This document shows, in pieces, positions 1 to 13,297 of a stretch of DNA of 64,000 bases. A model generated the notes under the pieces. That model was not told the DNA's origin, did no database searches, and saw only the letters and a list, made by a program, of their open reading frames with translations. Position 1 is the first letter of the stretch. Every line of letters begins with the position of its first letter. This DNA is from an uncultured Pelagibacteraceae bacterium (GTDB lineage: Bacteria > Pseudomonadota > Alphaproteobacteria > Pelagibacterales > AG-422-B15), in contig CABYIR010000005.1 of NCBI GenBank assembly GCA_902518955.1, positions 3,557 to 67,556 on the forward strand. Reading direction: 5' to 3'. The position numbers and the translations under genes were made by a program.

Positions 1-3000
1 CATTAGAGCAAAATCAATTACTTGATGAAGAGGAACTAGAAGCAGCAAAAGAAGAATATGGTGAAGATGGATTTTCTGCTGGTATTGGCGCCGAAGCTGT
101 AAGAAAAGTATTAGAGAGAATTGTGTTAGTCGATGAACTAGAAGCTCTTAGGAAAAAGTTAGAGGAAACCAAAGCGGTTGCACTCTCTGAAAAACTTGTA
201 AAACGAATAAAGATATTTGAAGCATTTATCTCTTCAGGCAATAGGCCTGAATGGATGATACTCACAAGCATACCTGTTATTCCACCTGAATTAAGACCAC
301 TTGTTCCCCTTGATGGTGGAAGATTTGCATCCTCAGATCTTAATGATCTATACAGAAGAGTAATAAATAGAAATAATCGTTTATCGCGATTAATGGAATT
401 AAGAGCTCCTGATATTATTATCAGAAATGAAAAGAGAATGCTTCAAGAGTCTGTTGATGCACTTTTTGATAATGGAAGAAGAGGTAGAGTGATTACTGGT
501 ACAAATAAAAGACCTTTAAAATCTCTAGCTGAAATGTTGAAAGGTAAACAAGGTAGATTCAGACAGAATCTTCTAGGAAAACGAGTGGATTATTCTGGTA
601 GGTCAGTGATTGTTGTGGGGCCCGAGTTAAAACTTCACCAATGCGGACTTCCAAAGAAAATGGCAATTGAATTATTTAAACCATTTATTTATGCACGATT
701 AGAGGCACTCGGTCTAGCTACCACTTTAAAGCAAGCAAAAAAAATGGTTGAAAAAGAAAGGCCAGAGGTTTGGGATGTTCTCGATAGAGTTATAAGAGAG
801 CATCCAGTAATTTTAAATAGAGCACCTACACTGCACCGTCTAGGAGTTCAAGCATTTGAACCAATTCTTATAGAGGGAAAAGCTATACAATTACACCCAT
901 TGGTATGCACCGCATTCAATGCAGACTTTGATGGTGACCAAATGGCAGTACATGTGCCTCTTAGTTTAGAAGCTCAATTAGAGGCAAGAGTTCTAATGAT
1001 GTCTACAAATAATATTCTTAACCCTGCTAATGGAAAACCTGTGATTGTACCAAGTCAGGATATTGTTTTGGGCATATATTATGTTTCTCAAGAAAAGGAA
1101 AATGAACCAGGTGAAGGATCTGTTTACAAAGACTTTAATGAAATTGAACAAGCGCTTGAAAATAAAGCTGTTACGCTTCATGCAAAAGTTAAAGCTAGAA
1201 TTAGTGTTTTGAATTCTGATGGAGTTACAGAAAATAAAAGAGTAGATACTACACCAGGAAGAATGATGCTCTGGAACCTACTTCCTAGACATAAAGATCT
1301 TGATCACAAACTTATTAATCGTCTTATTACAAAAAAAGAACTCTCCCAGTTGATTGATATTGTTTATAGATATTGTGGACAAAAAGAAACGGTTCTATTT
1401 GCTGATCAAATTAAGGCGTTAGGATTTAACTATGCTTATAAAGCAGGAATATCATTTGGAAAGGATGATATGATAATTCCGTCATCGAAAGATAACTTAG
1501 TTGATGAAACTACATTACAAGTAGAAAAATATGAAAAGCAATACAATGATGGTTTAATAACAAATAGAGAAAAGTATAATAAAGTTATTGATGCTTGGGC
1601 AAAATGTACTGATAAAGTTGCTCAAGAAATGATGAATGAAATTTCATCAGTTAAAATTGACGAGGAATCAAAAAGAGAGAAGCCGATAAATTCAATTTAT
1701 ATGATGGCTAATTCTGGAGCTAGAGGATCTGCGGCTCAAATGAAACAACTTTCTGGTATGCGTGGACTTATGGCTAAGCCATCAGGAGATATTATTGAAA
1801 CTCCAATAATTTCAAATTTCAAAGAGGGTCTAAATGTACTTGAGTACTTTAATTCAACTCATGGTGCGAGAAAAGGTCTCGCCGATACTGCTCTTAAAAC
1901 AGCAAACTCAGGATATTTAACAAGAAGATTGTGTGATGTAGCTCAAGATTGCACTATTACTGAAGAAGACTGTGGAACCAGGAATGGAGTTTGGGCTTCA
2001 GATGTTGTTGAAGGTGGTGAAGTAATTGTTTCGATTTCTGATAGGATTCTTGGAAGATTCTTACAAGAAAATTTAAAACATCCTATTACTAGCGAAGTGA
2101 TTGGAAGTAAAGATGACTATATTGATGAGGCTTTAGCTGAAAAAATTGAATCAGCTGGAATTCAGAAAGTCTATATTAGATCAGCATTAACCTGTGACTC
2201 AAAGCGCGGTATGTGTGTTAAGTGTTACGGTAGAGATTTAGCACGAGGTTTCTTGGTTAATGTTGGTGAGGCAGTTGGGATGATTGCCGCTCAATCAATT
2301 GGTGAGCCTGGTACTCAATTGACAATGAGAACATTCCACATCGGTGGTGCAGCGCAGATTAATGACCAGTCATTTATCGAAATTAATACTGATGGAATAT
2401 TTAAAATATTAAATAAAAATACTGTTGAAGACTCTAATAATAATCTGATCGTAATGGGTCGAAATTGCGAAGTTGCCATTCAAGATGAAAATGGAAGAGA
2501 ACTAGCAAATTATAAAGTACCTTATGGTACTAAAATATTAGTTAGTGAAGACTCAGAGGTCAAAGCTGGAACAAAAATTTGTGAATGGGATCCATTTACT
2601 AATCCTGTTATTTCTGAAAAATCTGGTTTTGCTAATTATGTTGACATGGAAGAAGGCATTTCGCTAATTGAAGAGACTGAAGAACAAACGGGTCTTACTT
2701 ATACAAAAGTTAAAGATTGGAAATCCGACGCAAAAGGCGCAGATCTTAAACCAAGAATAACCCTACGTGACTCAAAAGGTGAAGTTATACTTTTAGCAAA
2801 TGACAATGAAGCTCGTTATTTCCTTCCTCCTGACTCAATTCTTTCAGTCGCAGATGGTGCTGAAGTACATGCAGGTGATATTTTAGCAAGGACTCCAAAA
2901 GCAGGCACAAAAAATAAAGATATTACAGGTGGACTTCCTCGTGTAGCGGAATTATTTGAAGCCAGAAAACCAAAAGACTTGGCAATTATTGCCGAGTGTT

Positions 3001-3731
3001 CAGGTATTATTTCTTTTGGAAAAGATATTAGAGGTAAACAAAAAGTAATAGTAACACCTGAGGATGGAGCAGATCCAGTTGAATTTTTAATTCCTAAAGG
3101 TAAACATATCTCCTATCAAGAGGGTGAAAAAATTGAAAAAGGAGATTATTTATTAGCTGGTAACCCTGATCCACACGACATATTAGAAATCCTCGGTATT
3201 GAAGCTCTCGCTGATTACTTAATTAATGAGGTGCAAGATGTGTATCGTTTACAAGGTGTTTTAATTAATGATAAACATATTGAAGTTCTTTGTCGTCAAA
3301 TGCTTCAAAAAATTCATATAGTAGATTCAGGTGACAGTAACTTCTTGTCAAATGAGGAAATTGATCGTTATGAGTTCTTAACAGTTAATGAACAACTTAA
3401 GTCTGAAGGAAAAAAAGAAGCCTTAGGTAAACCAGTTCTACTAGGTATAACAAAGGCATCTCTGCTTACGAGATCATTTATTTCAGCGGCATCATTCCAA
3501 GAAACAACAAGGATTCTTACCGATGCTTCTATAAAAGGTAAAGTTGATAGACTTGAAGGTTTAAAAGAGAACGTTATTGTAGGAAGATTAATACCAGCTG
3601 GAACAGGTAGAACATTTGCTCAAATAGAAAATAAGGCTAAAAACCTAGATAAAGAGGCTAAATTAGAAATTGAGGCTATGCAGGCTCAAAAGGATGCGGA
3701 ATCTGCGGAAATACAGGAAAATTCTCAATAA
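1..3731 (+). CDS. rpoC: RNA polymerase beta' subunit (5'-truncated by window edge)
   Basis: NADFDGD active-site motif, [11 protein letters not shown] trigger loop, [10 protein letters not shown]. The frame is open from position 3 ([11 protein letters not shown]...), so the GTG at 123 is not the true start. Confidence 0.99.
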   Translation, partial: LEQNQLLDEEELEAAKEEYGEDGFSAGIGAEAVRKVLERIVLVDELEALRKKLEETKAVALSEKLVKRIKIFEAFISSGNRPEWMILTSIPVIPPELRPLVPLDGGRFASSDLNDLYRRVINRNNRLSRLMELRAPDIIIRNEKRMLQESVDALFDNGRRGRVITGTNKRPLKSLAEMLKGKQGRFRQNLLGKRVDYSGRSVIVVGPELKLHQCGLPKKMAIELFKPFIYARLEALGLATTLKQAKKMVEKERPEVWDVLDRVIREHPVILNRAPTLHRLGVQAFEPILIEGKAIQLHPLVCTAFNADFDGDQMAVHVPLSLEAQLEARVLMMSTNNILNPANGKPVIVPSQDIVLGIYYVSQEKENEPGEGSVYKDFNEIEQALENKAVTLHAKVKARISVLNSDGVTENKRVDTTPGRMMLWNLLPRHKDLDHKLINRLITKKELSQLIDIVYRYCGQKETVLFADQIKALGFNYAYKAGISFGKDDMIIPSSKDNLVDETTLQVEKYEKQYNDGLITNREKYNKVIDAWAKCTDKVAQEMMNEISSVKIDEESKREKPINSIYMMANSGARGSAAQMKQLSGMRGLMAKPSGDIIETPIISNFKEGLNVLEYFNSTHGARKGLADTALKTANSGYLTRRLCDVAQDCTITEEDCGTRNGVWASDVVEGGEVIVSISDRILGRFLQENLKHPITSEVIGSKDDYIDEALAEKIESAGIQKVYIRSALTCDSKRGMCVKCYGRDLARGFLVNVGEAVGMIAAQSIGEPGTQLTMRTFHIGGAAQINDQSFIEINTDGIFKILNKNTVEDSNNNLIVMGRNCEVAIQDENGRELANYKVPYGTKILVSEDSEVKAGTKICEWDPFTNPVISEKSGFANYVDMEEGISLIEETEEQTGLTYTKVKDWKSDAKGADLKPRITLRDSKGEVILLANDNEARYFLPPDSILSVADGAEVHAGDILARTPKAGTKNKDITGGLPRVAELFEARKPKDLAIIAECSGIISFGKDIRGKQKVIVTPEDGADPVEFLIPKGKHISYQEGEKIEKGDYLLAGNPDPHDILEILGIEALADYLINEVQDVYRLQGVLINDKHIEVLCRQMLQKIHIVDSGDSNFLSNEEIDRYEFLTVNEQLKSEGKKEALGKPVLLGITKASLLTRSFISAASFQETTRILTDASIKGKVDRLEGLKENVIVGRLIPAGTGRTFAQIENKAKNLDKEAKLEIEAMQAQKDAESAEIQENSQ

Positions 3732-3737
3732 ATTCTA

Positions 3738-3770
3738 TTGACCTTAGTCATTGATTAAGTATATTACGGC
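3738..3770 (+). promoter_or_regulatory. Putative sigma70 promoter of the str/S10/spc operon
   Basis: TTGACC (3738-3743), 16-nt spacer, TATATT (3760-3765), then GC-rich ACGGC. Confidence 0.65.
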
Positions 3771-3780
3771 AATCTTAAAT

Positions 3781-3814
3781 AGTAGGTGGTAGAGAGATCT
3801 AAACGCTACTTTTT
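3781..3814 (+). promoter_or_regulatory. Structured rpsL leader hairpin with U-tract (leader element or terminator)
   Basis: AGTAG/CTACT outer stem, TAGA/TCTA inner stem closing a GAGA tetraloop, followed by TTTT. Confidence 0.5.
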
Positions 3815-3862
3815 ATAAAGTTTTTTTAATAATTGTTTTTTGATTTAACTAGGAGTCAAGTT

Positions 3863-4707
<845 letters not shown>

Positions 4708-4713
4708 AATATT

Positions 4714-6792
4714 ATGAGTAGAGAATATCCTTTAAATAAATATAGAAACATCGGCATTATGGCTCATATTGATGCTGGCAAAACAACTACAACTGAACGA
4801 ATTCTCTATTACACAGGAAAAAGCCATAAGATTGGAGAGGTGCATGATGGTGCTGCTACAATGGATTGGATGGAACAAGAGCAGGAACGCGGTATTACCA
4901 TTACTTCTGCTGCAACTACTTGTTTTTGGAATGATCATAGAATTAATATAATTGATACTCCAGGACACGTTGACTTTACAATTGAAGTTGAAAGATCGCT
5001 TAGAGTACTTGACGGGGCTGTTGCGGTTTTTGATGGTGTTGCAGGTGTTGAGCCTCAAACAGAAACAGTCTGGAGACAAGCAAATAGATATAATGTTCCC
5101 CGCATGTGTTTCATTAATAAAATGGATCGAACAGGAGCTGATTTTTATAAATGCTTAGACATGATTAAGGATAGATTGCAGGCTAATGCTCTAGTCCTAC
5201 AGATACCCTACGGAAGTGAAGCTGACCTTAAAGGTGTTGTTGATTTAGTAAAAAATAAAGCGATAGTTTGGGAAAATGAAGATTTAGGTGCAAACTTTAA
5301 TTATGTTGATATACCAGATGATTTAAAGGAAACTGCCGCAAAATTCAGAACAGAAATGGTTGAAATGGCAGTTGAGCAGGATGAAGCTGTTCTAGAGAAG
5401 TATCTCGATGGTGAAGAACCCGATGAAGAGACATTGAATAGATGTATACGAATAGGAACAATTAATTTTGCATTTGTTCCAATTCTTACGGGAAGCGCGT
5501 TTAAAAATAAAGGTGTTCAGCCACTTTTAGATGCAGTTGTTAATTTTATGCCAGACCCAAGTGAAGTACAGCAAGCTACAGGATTTGCTCCAGGAAAAGA
5601 GGATGAAGAAATAATTAGAAAAGCATCTGATGATGAGCCTTTTTCGGCCCTAGCATTTAAAGTTGCGAATGATCCATTTGTTGGATCATTAACATTTGCA
5701 AGAATTTATTCAGGAAAATTAGAAACTGGAACAACAATTTTAAATTCAGTAAAGGACGATAAGGAACGTATCGGCAGAATGCTTTTAATGCATGCAAATA
5801 ACAGAGAAGATATTAAAGTTGCATATGCAGGAGATATAGTTGCCATTGCTGGACTTAAGGATACTATAACTGGCGAAACACTATCTGATTCTAATAAACC
5901 AATCGTACTTGAATCAATGGATTTTCCAGATCCTGTAATTGAAATAGCTGTTGAACCTAAAACAAAAGCCGATCAAGAAAAAATGGGTGAGGCTCTAGCT
6001 AGACTAGCTAAAGAAGATCCTTCTTTTAGAGTCTCTTCAGATGATGAATCAGGTCAAACTGTTATTAAAGGAATGGGAGAGCTTCATCTCGATATTATTG
6101 TAGATAGAATGAAAAGAGAATTTAATGTTGAGGCTAATGTAGGAGCTCCTCAAGTAGCTTATAGAGAAACAATTTCTAAAGAAGTTGAAGTTACTTATAC
6201 TCACAAAAAACAGAGTGGTGGCGCTGGTCAATTTGCTGAAGTAAAAATGATTGTTGAAGGCGGAGAGCCTGGTAGTGGAAGAATTTTTGAAGATAAAATT
6301 AAGGGTGGAAATATACCTAAGGAATATATTCCAGGTGTTGAAAAGGGTGTTGAAGGAGTAGCTGATACAGGCGTAATCGCTGGATTTCCAATAATTGATT
6401 ATAAAGTAACACTAATTGATGGCAAATATCATGATGTTGACTCTAGTAGTCTAGCTTTTGAAATTGCTGGTAGAATGGGATTCAAAGATGCATGCAATAA
6501 GGCAAGCCCAAAACTTTTAGAGCCTGTAATGCGTGTTGAGGTTGTAACCCCGGATGATTTTATGGGAGATGTAATAGGAGATTTAAGTAGTAGAAGAGCA
6601 CAGGTTAGCGGAAGTGAAGCAAGAGGAAATACTACTACTGTTAGTGCGATGGTTCCGCTTGCAAATATGTTTGGCTACATCAATACATTGCGATCAATGA
6701 CTCAAGGAAGGGCACAATACTCAATGTTTTTTGATCACTATGAGCAAGTACCACAAAATGTTCAAGATGAGGTAAAAGCAAAATTTGCTTAG
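4714..6792 (+). CDS. fusA: Elongation factor G
   Basis: [26 protein letters not shown]; 692 aa. Confidence 0.99.
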   Translation: MSREYPLNKYRNIGIMAHIDAGKTTTTERILYYTGKSHKIGEVHDGAATMDWMEQEQERGITITSAATTCFWNDHRINIIDTPGHVDFTIEVERSLRVLDGAVAVFDGVAGVEPQTETVWRQANRYNVPRMCFINKMDRTGADFYKCLDMIKDRLQANALVLQIPYGSEADLKGVVDLVKNKAIVWENEDLGANFNYVDIPDDLKETAAKFRTEMVEMAVEQDEAVLEKYLDGEEPDEETLNRCIRIGTINFAFVPILTGSAFKNKGVQPLLDAVVNFMPDPSEVQQATGFAPGKEDEEIIRKASDDEPFSALAFKVANDPFVGSLTFARIYSGKLETGTTILNSVKDDKERIGRMLLMHANNREDIKVAYAGDIVAIAGLKDTITGETLSDSNKPIVLESMDFPDPVIEIAVEPKTKADQEKMGEALARLAKEDPSFRVSSDDESGQTVIKGMGELHLDIIVDRMKREFNVEANVGAPQVAYRETISKEVEVTYTHKKQSGGAGQFAEVKMIVEGGEPGSGRIFEDKIKGGNIPKEYIPGVEKGVEGVADTGVIAGFPIIDYKVTLIDGKYHDVDSSSLAFEIAGRMGFKDACNKASPKLLEPVMRVEVVTPDDFMGDVIGDLSSRRAQVSGSEARGNTTTVSAMVPLANMFGYINTLRSMTQGRAQYSMFFDHYEQVPQNVQDEVKAKFA

Positions 6793-6799
6793 AAAATTT

Positions 6800-7108
6800 A
6801 TGGATAATCAAAATATAAAAATAAGACTTAAAGCTTTTGATCACGGTGTACTAGATCAGTCTTCAGTTGAGATTGTTAATACCGCTAAGAGGACAGGCGC
6901 TATTGTTAAAGGACCAATTCCTTTGCCAACGAATAATGAAGTATTTACCGTACTAAGATCTCCGCATGTGAACAAAAAAAGTAGAGAACAATTTGAGATT
7001 AGGACTCATAAACGTCTTATTGAAATTGTTGACCCAACACCTCAAACAGTTGATGCACTTATGAAACTAGATTTAGCTTCAGGCGTTGATGTAGAAATAA
7101 AGTTATAA
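6800..7108 (+). CDS. rpsJ: 30S ribosomal protein S10
   Basis: [27 protein letters not shown]; ATG at 6800 preferred to TTG at 6785. Confidence 0.99.
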   Translation: MDNQNIKIRLKAFDHGVLDQSSVEIVNTAKRTGAIVKGPIPLPTNNEVFTVLRSPHVNKKSREQFEIRTHKRLIEIVDPTPQTVDALMKLDLASGVDVEIKL

Positions 7109-7110
7109 TT

Positions 7111-7800
7111 ATGAGACCTGGTATAATCGCAAAAAAAATGGGAATGAGTAATTTTTATACTCCTAATGGCGTAAATATTCCTGTTACCATCTTACATGTT
7201 GATGACTGTAAAGTCATAGAAAGAACTGAAAAACCAGAATTGGATACTGATAAAATTTTACTTGGTGCTTGTGAAATAAAGAAGGAAAACAAAACAAACA
7301 AAGCCACTAAAGGTTTCTTTAAAAAGAAATCTTCAGCGCCTTTTAAATATATCAGAGAATTCTCTATTGATAAAGAAACTGAGTTTAAAGCTGGAGATAG
7401 TTTGAATGTAGATCACTTCCAAGAAGGACAGTTTATTGATGTTTCAGGATTTTCTAAGGGAAAAGGTTTTGCCGGAGCTATGAAGAGACATAATTTTGGC
7501 GGAATGAGAGCTACTCACGGTGTCTCAATATCTCATAGAGCTCATGGTTCTACTGGCCAATGTCAAGACCCAGGTAAAGTGTTTAAGGGAAAAAAAATGG
7601 CAGGGCATTTAGGTGATGAACATAAGACACTGCAAAGCTTGCAAGTTGTGAAAGTTGACACAAAAAACAATATTATTTGTGTAAAAGGTTCAACACCAGG
7701 AGCAAGAGGAGCATGGTTAGTTGTAGAAGACTCAATAAAACAAAAGTCAGTTAAAGATTTTGATATAAAAATTCCTGTAGATTCAAAGAAAAAGAAATAG
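7111..7800 (+). CDS. rplC: 50S ribosomal protein L3
   Basis: SKGKGFAG, HRAHGSTGQ, KKMAGH; operon position. Confidence 0.98.
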   Translation: MRPGIIAKKMGMSNFYTPNGVNIPVTILHVDDCKVIERTEKPELDTDKILLGACEIKKENKTNKATKGFFKKKSSAPFKYIREFSIDKETEFKAGDSLNVDHFQEGQFIDVSGFSKGKGFAGAMKRHNFGGMRATHGVSISHRAHGSTGQCQDPGKVFKGKKMAGHLGDEHKTLQSLQVVKVDTKNNIICVKGSTPGARGAWLVVEDSIKQKSVKDFDIKIPVDSKKKK

Positions 7801-8424
7801 ATGAATATTGATACTTTTAAAATAAATGGCGAAAAATCTGGATCAATAGATCTATCAGATAATATTTTTGCACTAGATCCAAACTCGGAAATCATTAGTA
7901 CACTAGTTGATTGGCATAAATCAAATGTAATTCAGTCAAGACCTACAACTAAAAATAGGTCTGAAGTAAAGGGTACTACTCAAAAATATGGAAGACAAAA
8001 GGGTGGTGGAGGCGCAAGACATGGCTCGAAAAAAGCAAATATTTTCAGAAGTGGTGGAATGGCACATAATCTTAGAGGAAAAAGATCAAGTCAAAGCCTA
8101 TCAAAAAAATTTAAATCTTTAGCTCTCAAACATGTTTTATCTTCAAAATTAAAAAATAATGAAATTGTTGTTTTTGATGATTTTAAAATGACTGAAATTA
8201 AAACAAAGAATATCAAAAATGTATTTGATAAACTGAATATCAAGTCTGCCCTAGTGATAGAGGCTCAAAACCATGATGAGAATTTTATTCTTTCTTCAAG
8301 GAATATCAAATCTATAAAATATTCAAATACATTAGGAGTAAATGCGATTGATATTTTAAAGTATGAAAAATTTGTGATGAGTAAAGAAGCTGTAAGTGAA
8401 ATAGAAAAGAGATTGTCAGAATAA
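7801..8424 (+). CDS. rplD: 50S ribosomal protein L4
   Basis: RSEV..RQKG...ARHGS loop; lies between rplC and rplW. Confidence 0.96.
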   Translation: MNIDTFKINGEKSGSIDLSDNIFALDPNSEIISTLVDWHKSNVIQSRPTTKNRSEVKGTTQKYGRQKGGGGARHGSKKANIFRSGGMAHNLRGKRSSQSLSKKFKSLALKHVLSSKLKNNEIVVFDDFKMTEIKTKNIKNVFDKLNIKSALVIEAQNHDENFILSSRNIKSIKYSNTLGVNAIDILKYEKFVMSKEAVSEIEKRLSE

Positions 8425-8717
8425 TGAGTAATATCAAAAATTATCAAACTATCCTAAAACCTATAGTCACTGAAAAATCATCATTAGGTTCAGAGTATAA
8501 TCAGGTTACTTTTCAAGTTGCGAACGGGTCTTCGAAAAAAGAAATTAAAGATGCAATAGAAAATATATTTAAAGTTAAGGTTAAAAAAGTAAATACTCTC
8601 ATTGTAAAAGGTAAGCGAAAAGCTTTTAGAGGTACGATAGGGAGAAGATCTAATTATAAAAAAGCTTTCATCACACTTGAAGATGGCCAAACAATCGATA
8701 TCAACGCAGGAATTTAA
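8424..8717 (+). CDS. rplW: 50S ribosomal protein L23
   Basis: PIVTEKS, VNT, KKAFITL. Confidence 0.98.
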   Translation: MSNIKNYQTILKPIVTEKSSLGSEYNQVTFQVANGSSKKEIKDAIENIFKVKVKKVNTLIVKGKRKAFRGTIGRRSNYKKAFITLEDGQTIDINAGI

Positions 8718-8719
8718 TA

Positions 8720-9565
8720 ATGACACTTAAGAAGTTTAAACCAAATACCCCAGGAACGAGAGGTCTTATTCTAATAGACAAAACCGGTCTATGGAAAGGT
8801 AAACCAAAAAAATCTTTAACTGCCGGGCTTTCCAAAAAAGGTGGAAGAAATAACACCGGCCGCATCACGATGAGAAGAAAAGGTGGCGGACATAAAAGTA
8901 AATATAGATTAATTGATTTTAAGAGATCCAAGCAAGATGTTTCAGCTGTTGTTGAGAGAATTGAATATGATCCAAACCGCTCAGCTTACATAGCTCTAAT
9001 CAAATACGATGATAGTACATTTTCTTATATTTTAGCTCCGAAAGACTTAAATGTTGGAGATGCAGTTATTTCGTCTGATAAAGCAGAAATTAAAACAGGT
9101 AATTGTATGCCAATGTCTATAATTCCTGTTGGAATTGATATTCACAATGTGGAACTTAATGTTGGAGGTGGTGCACAGCTTGCCAGAGCTGCAGGATCTT
9201 CAACGCAAATAGTGGGTAAATCTGATGGCTATGTTGTTGTTAAATTACCCTCAGGTGAGCAAAGAAAAGTAAGAGAAGAATGCAAAGCAACTATTGGAGT
9301 CCTATCAAATATAGATAATAAAAATAAAAAACTTGGAAAAGCAGGAAGAAATCGATGGCTTGGAATAAGACCATCGGTCAGAGGAGTTGCGATGAATCCA
9401 ATTGATCACCCGCACGGAGGTGGTGAAGGAAAAACGTCAGGTGGAAGACATCCCGTAACTCCATGGGGAAAGAAGACTAAGGGTCTTAAAACAAGAAATA
9501 ATAAAAGAACTGATAAATTTATTATAAAAAGAAAGACCGATAAAAAAGCGAGGATAGAAGTCTAA
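8720..9565 (+). CDS. rplB: 50S ribosomal protein L2
   Basis: EYDPNRSA; [17 protein letters not shown]. Confidence 0.99.
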   Translation: MTLKKFKPNTPGTRGLILIDKTGLWKGKPKKSLTAGLSKKGGRNNTGRITMRRKGGGHKSKYRLIDFKRSKQDVSAVVERIEYDPNRSAYIALIKYDDSTFSYILAPKDLNVGDAVISSDKAEIKTGNCMPMSIIPVGIDIHNVELNVGGGAQLARAAGSSTQIVGKSDGYVVVKLPSGEQRKVREECKATIGVLSNIDNKNKKLGKAGRNRWLGIRPSVRGVAMNPIDHPHGGGEGKTSGGRHPVTPWGKKTKGLKTRNNKRTDKFIIKRKTDKKARIEV

Positions 9566-9566
9566 T

Positions 9567-9842
9567 ATGGTAAGATCTATTTGGAAAGGTCCATTTGTTG
9601 ATAGTCATTTATTAAAGAAGGCTAAAGCTTCAGCTGAGGCAGGAAGAAATGATGTGATCAAAACATGGTCTAGAAGGTCTACAATCCTTCCAGAATTTGT
9701 TGGTCTTAGTTTTGCAGTACATAACGGAAAAAGATTTATACCTGTAAATGTATCAGAAGATATGGTTGGGCATAAATTTGGAGAATTTTCTCCTACAAGA
9801 ACATTTCATGGCCATACGGCAGATAAGAAGACGAAAAAATAA
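9567..9842 (+). CDS. rpsS: 30S ribosomal protein S19
   Basis: KTWSRRSTI; MVGHKFGEF. Confidence 0.99.
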   Translation: MVRSIWKGPFVDSHLLKKAKASAEAGRNDVIKTWSRRSTILPEFVGLSFAVHNGKRFIPVNVSEDMVGHKFGEFSPTRTFHGHTADKKTKK

Positions 9843-10222
9843 TGAAGCATTTAAATAGAAAAGATAACGAAGCTTACGCTGTTGCAAGAAATATGAGAGT
9901 TAGCCCTTCCAAAGCTAACCTTGTACTTGAAATGATTCGTGGCAAAAAAGCATCAGATGCGATAAATGTTCTTAAGTTCTCAAACAGGGCTATAGCAAAA
10001 GACATTGGAAAGGTTCTGAATAGTGCTGTTGCTAATGCTGAAAATAATCATCAGCTAGATATAGATATTCTAAAAGTAAGCGAAGCATATTGTGGCAAGG
10101 GCATGGTCATGAAGAGATGGAGAGCAAGAGCGAAAGGCCGACCAGGAAGAATTCAAAAGTTTTTAACTAACATCACTATAAAACTCTCAGAAGAGCAAAA
10201 AGATAGTAAGGGAAAAGAGTAA
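9842..10222 (+). CDS. rplV: 50S ribosomal protein L22
   Basis: [14 protein letters not shown]; operon position. Confidence 0.98.
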   Translation: MKHLNRKDNEAYAVARNMRVSPSKANLVLEMIRGKKASDAINVLKFSNRAIAKDIGKVLNSAVANAENNHQLDIDILKVSEAYCGKGMVMKRWRARAKGRPGRIQKFLTNITIKLSEEQKDSKGKE

Positions 10223-10224
10223 TT

Positions 10225-10896
10225 ATGGGTCAGAAAGTAAATCCAATTGGCCTTAGGCTGATTTTAAATAAAAAATGGCAATCGAGATGGTTTGCCAATA
10301 GAAGAGATTTTGGAAATTATCTTCAAGAAGATTTAAAGATTAGAGCTTACATCAAAAAGAAATTAAAAAATTGTGCGGTTGCAAAAATTCAAATTGAAAG
10401 ACCTGCTAAAAAAGCTCAAGTCACAATATACTCATCTAGACCAGGTTTAATAATTGGTAAAAAAGGTAGTGATATAGAAAAACTTAAAAGAAAAATTTCT
10501 GAGTTTACATCAGATGAAGTTTCTATCAATTTAGTTGAAATTAGAAAGCCTGAAGTTGAAGCTCAATTAATAGCTGACACAATAGCAGAACAACTTGAAA
10601 GACGCGTGTCATTTAGAAGAGCAATGAAAAGGTCTGTACAGTCAGCAATGAGATTAGGCGCTGATGGAATAAGAGTTAACTGTGGAGGAAGACTTGGTGG
10701 AACTGAAATTGCAAGAACAGAGTGGTATAGAGAAGGTAGAGTTCCACTCCATACATTTAGAGCCAATATAGATTATGCAGAATCCACTGCAGCTACTACT
10801 TATGGAGCATGTGGAATAAAAGTATGGATTTACAAAGGGGATATTGATGATAACGCACCACATGAGTCTGAAAATAATCCAAATAAATTAGGATAA
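10225..10896 (+). CDS. rpsC: 30S ribosomal protein S3
   Basis: [12 protein letters not shown]; GRVPLHT. Confidence 0.99.
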   Translation: MGQKVNPIGLRLILNKKWQSRWFANRRDFGNYLQEDLKIRAYIKKKLKNCAVAKIQIERPAKKAQVTIYSSRPGLIIGKKGSDIEKLKRKISEFTSDEVSINLVEIRKPEVEAQLIADTIAEQLERRVSFRRAMKRSVQSAMRLGADGIRVNCGGRLGGTEIARTEWYREGRVPLHTFRANIDYAESTAATTYGACGIKVWIYKGDIDDNAPHESENNPNKLG

Positions 10897-10899
10897 GAA

Positions 10900-11313
10900 A
10901 TGTTACAGCCAAAGAAAACAAAATTTAGAAAAGCACATAAAGGTAGAATTAAAGGAGTTGCAACATCTGCAACTACATTGAATTATGGTACTTTTGGTCT
11001 TAAGGCTCTCGAGGCTGATAGAATTACTGCTCGTCAAATAGAGGCTGCAAGAGTTGCGATGACAAGATTTATGAAAAGAGCAGGAAGAGTTTGGGTAAGG
11101 ATTTTTCCTGATGTACCCGTATCAAAAAAACCCGTTGAAGTAAGAATGGGAAAGGGCAAAGGATCCCCAGAATATTGGGCATGCAGAGTGAAACCAGGAA
11201 AAATTATGTTTGAAGTTGATGGCGTTTCTTACGCTGTAGCAAAGGAAGCCTTTGGAAGAGCAGCTTCCAAATTACCTGTTAAGACAAAAGTAGTAGAACA
11301 ATTAGTGAAGTAA
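10900..11313 (+). CDS. rplP: 50S ribosomal protein L16
   Basis: [11 protein letters not shown]; RMGKGKG. Confidence 0.99.
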   Translation: MLQPKKTKFRKAHKGRIKGVATSATTLNYGTFGLKALEADRITARQIEAARVAMTRFMKRAGRVWVRIFPDVPVSKKPVEVRMGKGKGSPEYWACRVKPGKIMFEVDGVSYAVAKEAFGRAASKLPVKTKVVEQLVK

Positions 11314-11316
11314 AAA

Positions 11317-11511
11317 ATGAAAATAGAAGAAATAAGAAAAAAGACAGTTGATCAGCTTAATACAGAGCTTGAAAACTTATATAAGGAATCTTTTAATTTA
11401 AGATTTCAAAAATCTTCTGGCCAGTTAGAAAATACTTCGAGGGTATCTAAGGTGAGAAAGTTAATAGCTCGTATTAAAACGATTAAAAACGAGAAAGTTA
11501 AGGAGAATTAA
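11317..11511 (+). CDS. rpmC: 50S ribosomal protein L29
   Basis: FNLRFQ..GQLEN..IARIKT. Confidence 0.98.
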   Translation: MKIEEIRKKTVDQLNTELENLYKESFNLRFQKSSGQLENTSRVSKVRKLIARIKTIKNEKVKEN

Positions 11512-11514
11512 ACT

Positions 11515-11742
11515 ATGCCAAAAAGAATATTACAAGGCACTGTTCTTAGCGACAAACAAGACAAAACTATTACTGTTCTTGTAGAAAGAAAGTTTAGGCA
11601 TCCAGTTTTAAAGAAGGTGATTAAAAGATCAAAGAAATATAGCGCTCATGACGCTGATAATAAATTTAATATTGGTGACAGGGTAAAAATTATGGAGTCT
11701 AAGCCAATATCAAAACTAAAAAGATGGGTTGTTATTGAATAA
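11515..11742 (+). CDS. rpsQ: 30S ribosomal protein S17
   Basis: [17 protein letters not shown]. Confidence 0.98.
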   Translation: MPKRILQGTVLSDKQDKTITVLVERKFRHPVLKKVIKRSKKYSAHDADNKFNIGDRVKIMESKPISKLKRWVVIE

Positions 11743-12110
11743 TGATACAGAGTGAATCAAGATTAAATATAGCTGATAACTCAGGAGCAAAGGAAGTCCT
11801 TTGCATAAAGGTTTTAGGAGGTTCTAAGAGAAAATATGCATCAGTTGGAGATACAATTGTTGTAACAATCAAGGAAGCCATGCCTAGAGGTAAAGTAAAA
11901 AAGGGAACTGTTCACAAAGCTGTGATAGTTAGGACTAGAAAAGAACTTAAAAGACCTGATGGAAGTACAATTAAATTTGATTCTAATGCTGCAGTTTTAA
12001 TTAATGCTCAAGGAGAACCTGTTGGCACAAGAATATTTGGTCCTGTCTGTCGTGAATTAAGATCAAGAAATCAAATGAAAATTATATCATTAGCTCCGGA
12101 GGTTCTCTAG
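11742..12110 (+). CDS. rplN: 50S ribosomal protein L14
   Basis: ADNSGAK; GTRIFGPV; SLAPEVL. Confidence 0.99.
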   Translation: MIQSESRLNIADNSGAKEVLCIKVLGGSKRKYASVGDTIVVTIKEAMPRGKVKKGTVHKAVIVRTRKELKRPDGSTIKFDSNAAVLINAQGEPVGTRIFGPVCRELRSRNQMKIISLAPEVL

Positions 12111-12421
12111 TGGCTCAAAGAATAAAAAAAGGTGATCGAGTGTTTGTTAATTCTGGAAAAGACTCTGGAAAAATTGGTGAGGTTATGAAAATTCAGGGCC
12201 TAAAGGCGATTGTTAAAGATGTTAATGTATCAAAAAAGCATCAGAAACAAGACCAAAATAGTCAAGGCGGGATTGTGAATAAAGAAATGCCAATTGCAAT
12301 CGATAACCTTATGCCATTAAATAAAAAAGACAATAAACCAACTAGAGTTCAGTTTAAAATTCTTAAAGACAATAAAAAGGTCAGAATAGCTGTAAATTCA
12401 GGAGATCAGATCGATGGTTAG
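12110..12421 (+). CDS. rplX: 50S ribosomal protein L24
   Basis: KKGD.V...GKD.GK.GEV KOW motif; GTG start overlapping the rplN stop. Confidence 0.97.
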   Translation: MAQRIKKGDRVFVNSGKDSGKIGEVMKIQGLKAIVKDVNVSKKHQKQDQNSQGGIVNKEMPIAIDNLMPLNKKDNKPTRVQFKILKDNKKVRIAVNSGDQIDG

Positions 12422-12965
12422 TTCTATGCCAAGAGTCAAAGAAAAGTATCTGAACGAGGTTGTTCCTCAATTAAAAGATAAGTTGGAGCGAGCCAATCCT
12501 ATGTCTTTACCAAAGGTGACCAAGATTTCTCTTAACATGGGTCTTAGTGAAGCAGTAGCTGACTCTAAAGTAATACAATCTGCATCAAACGATCTTGCTG
12601 CAATCTCGGGGCAGTTACCAGTTGTAACAAAAGCAAGAAAATCAATTGCGACTTATAAAATTAGAGAAGGCATGCCGTTAGGAGTAAAAGTTACCTTAAG
12701 AGGTGATCAAATGTATGAATTTATTGATCGACTTGTCACTGTAGCTTTGCCTAGAATAAGAGACTTTAGAGGTCTTAAGCTCAATGGATTTGATGGAAAA
12801 GGTAATTACTCATTTGGTATTAAAGAAGTTACAATTTTTCCAGAAATAAATGTCGATAAGTTAGATGCAATTAGGGGCATGGATATAACTATATGTACAT
12901 CCGCTAAAGATAATGATGAAGCATTAATACTATTGAAGGCACTAAATTTTCCAATAATAATTTAA
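12414..12965 (+). CDS. rplE: 50S ribosomal protein L5
   Basis: [17 protein letters not shown]; alternative start at 12426. Confidence 0.98.
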   Translation: MVSSMPRVKEKYLNEVVPQLKDKLERANPMSLPKVTKISLNMGLSEAVADSKVIQSASNDLAAISGQLPVVTKARKSIATYKIREGMPLGVKVTLRGDQMYEFIDRLVTVALPRIRDFRGLKLNGFDGKGNYSFGIKEVTIFPEINVDKLDAIRGMDITICTSAKDNDEALILLKALNFPIII

Positions 12966-12979
12966 TACAAGGTTTTATA

Positions 12980-13285
12980 ATGGCAAAAAGAAGTTCGATA
13001 GAAAAAAATAAAAGAAGAATAGCACTAGCTGCAAAAGATTTAAGTAAGCGTAAGGCATTAAAAGAGTTAATAATGAATAAGAATACATCTATTGATGATA
13101 GATTTCAGGCACAATTGAAATTAGCTAAAATGAGAAGAAATGGTGCTCGTTCTAGAATTAGGAATCGTTGTGAACTGACAGGAAGACCTAGGGGTTTTCA
13201 TAACAGAGTAAAATTATCCAGAATTGCACTTAGAGAACTAGCTTCACAAGGTCAAATACCTGGTATGAATAAATCGAGTTGGTAG
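12980..13285 (+). CDS. rpsN: 30S ribosomal protein S14 (long, Zn-free type)
   Basis: RNRCELTGRPRG, IPG..KSSW; 101 aa with a single Cys. Confidence 0.98.
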   Translation: MAKRSSIEKNKRRIALAAKDLSKRKALKELIMNKNTSIDDRFQAQLKLAKMRRNGARSRIRNRCELTGRPRGFHNRVKLSRIALRELASQGQIPGMNKSSW

Positions 13286-13297
13286 GAAAGGATAGGC

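Noticed and set aside
123-125. ORF-track start of rpoC
   Set aside because: The frame is open to the window edge and the N-terminal part of beta' is missing, so the gene starts upstream.
7563-7895. 110-aa minus-strand ORF and the many other short antisense or out-of-frame ORFs (e.g. 4732-5079, 18747-19109, 22701-23063, 26836-27162, 51905-52213)
   Set aside because: All lie within well-conserved genes, show no recognisable motifs and are expected shadows of codon bias.
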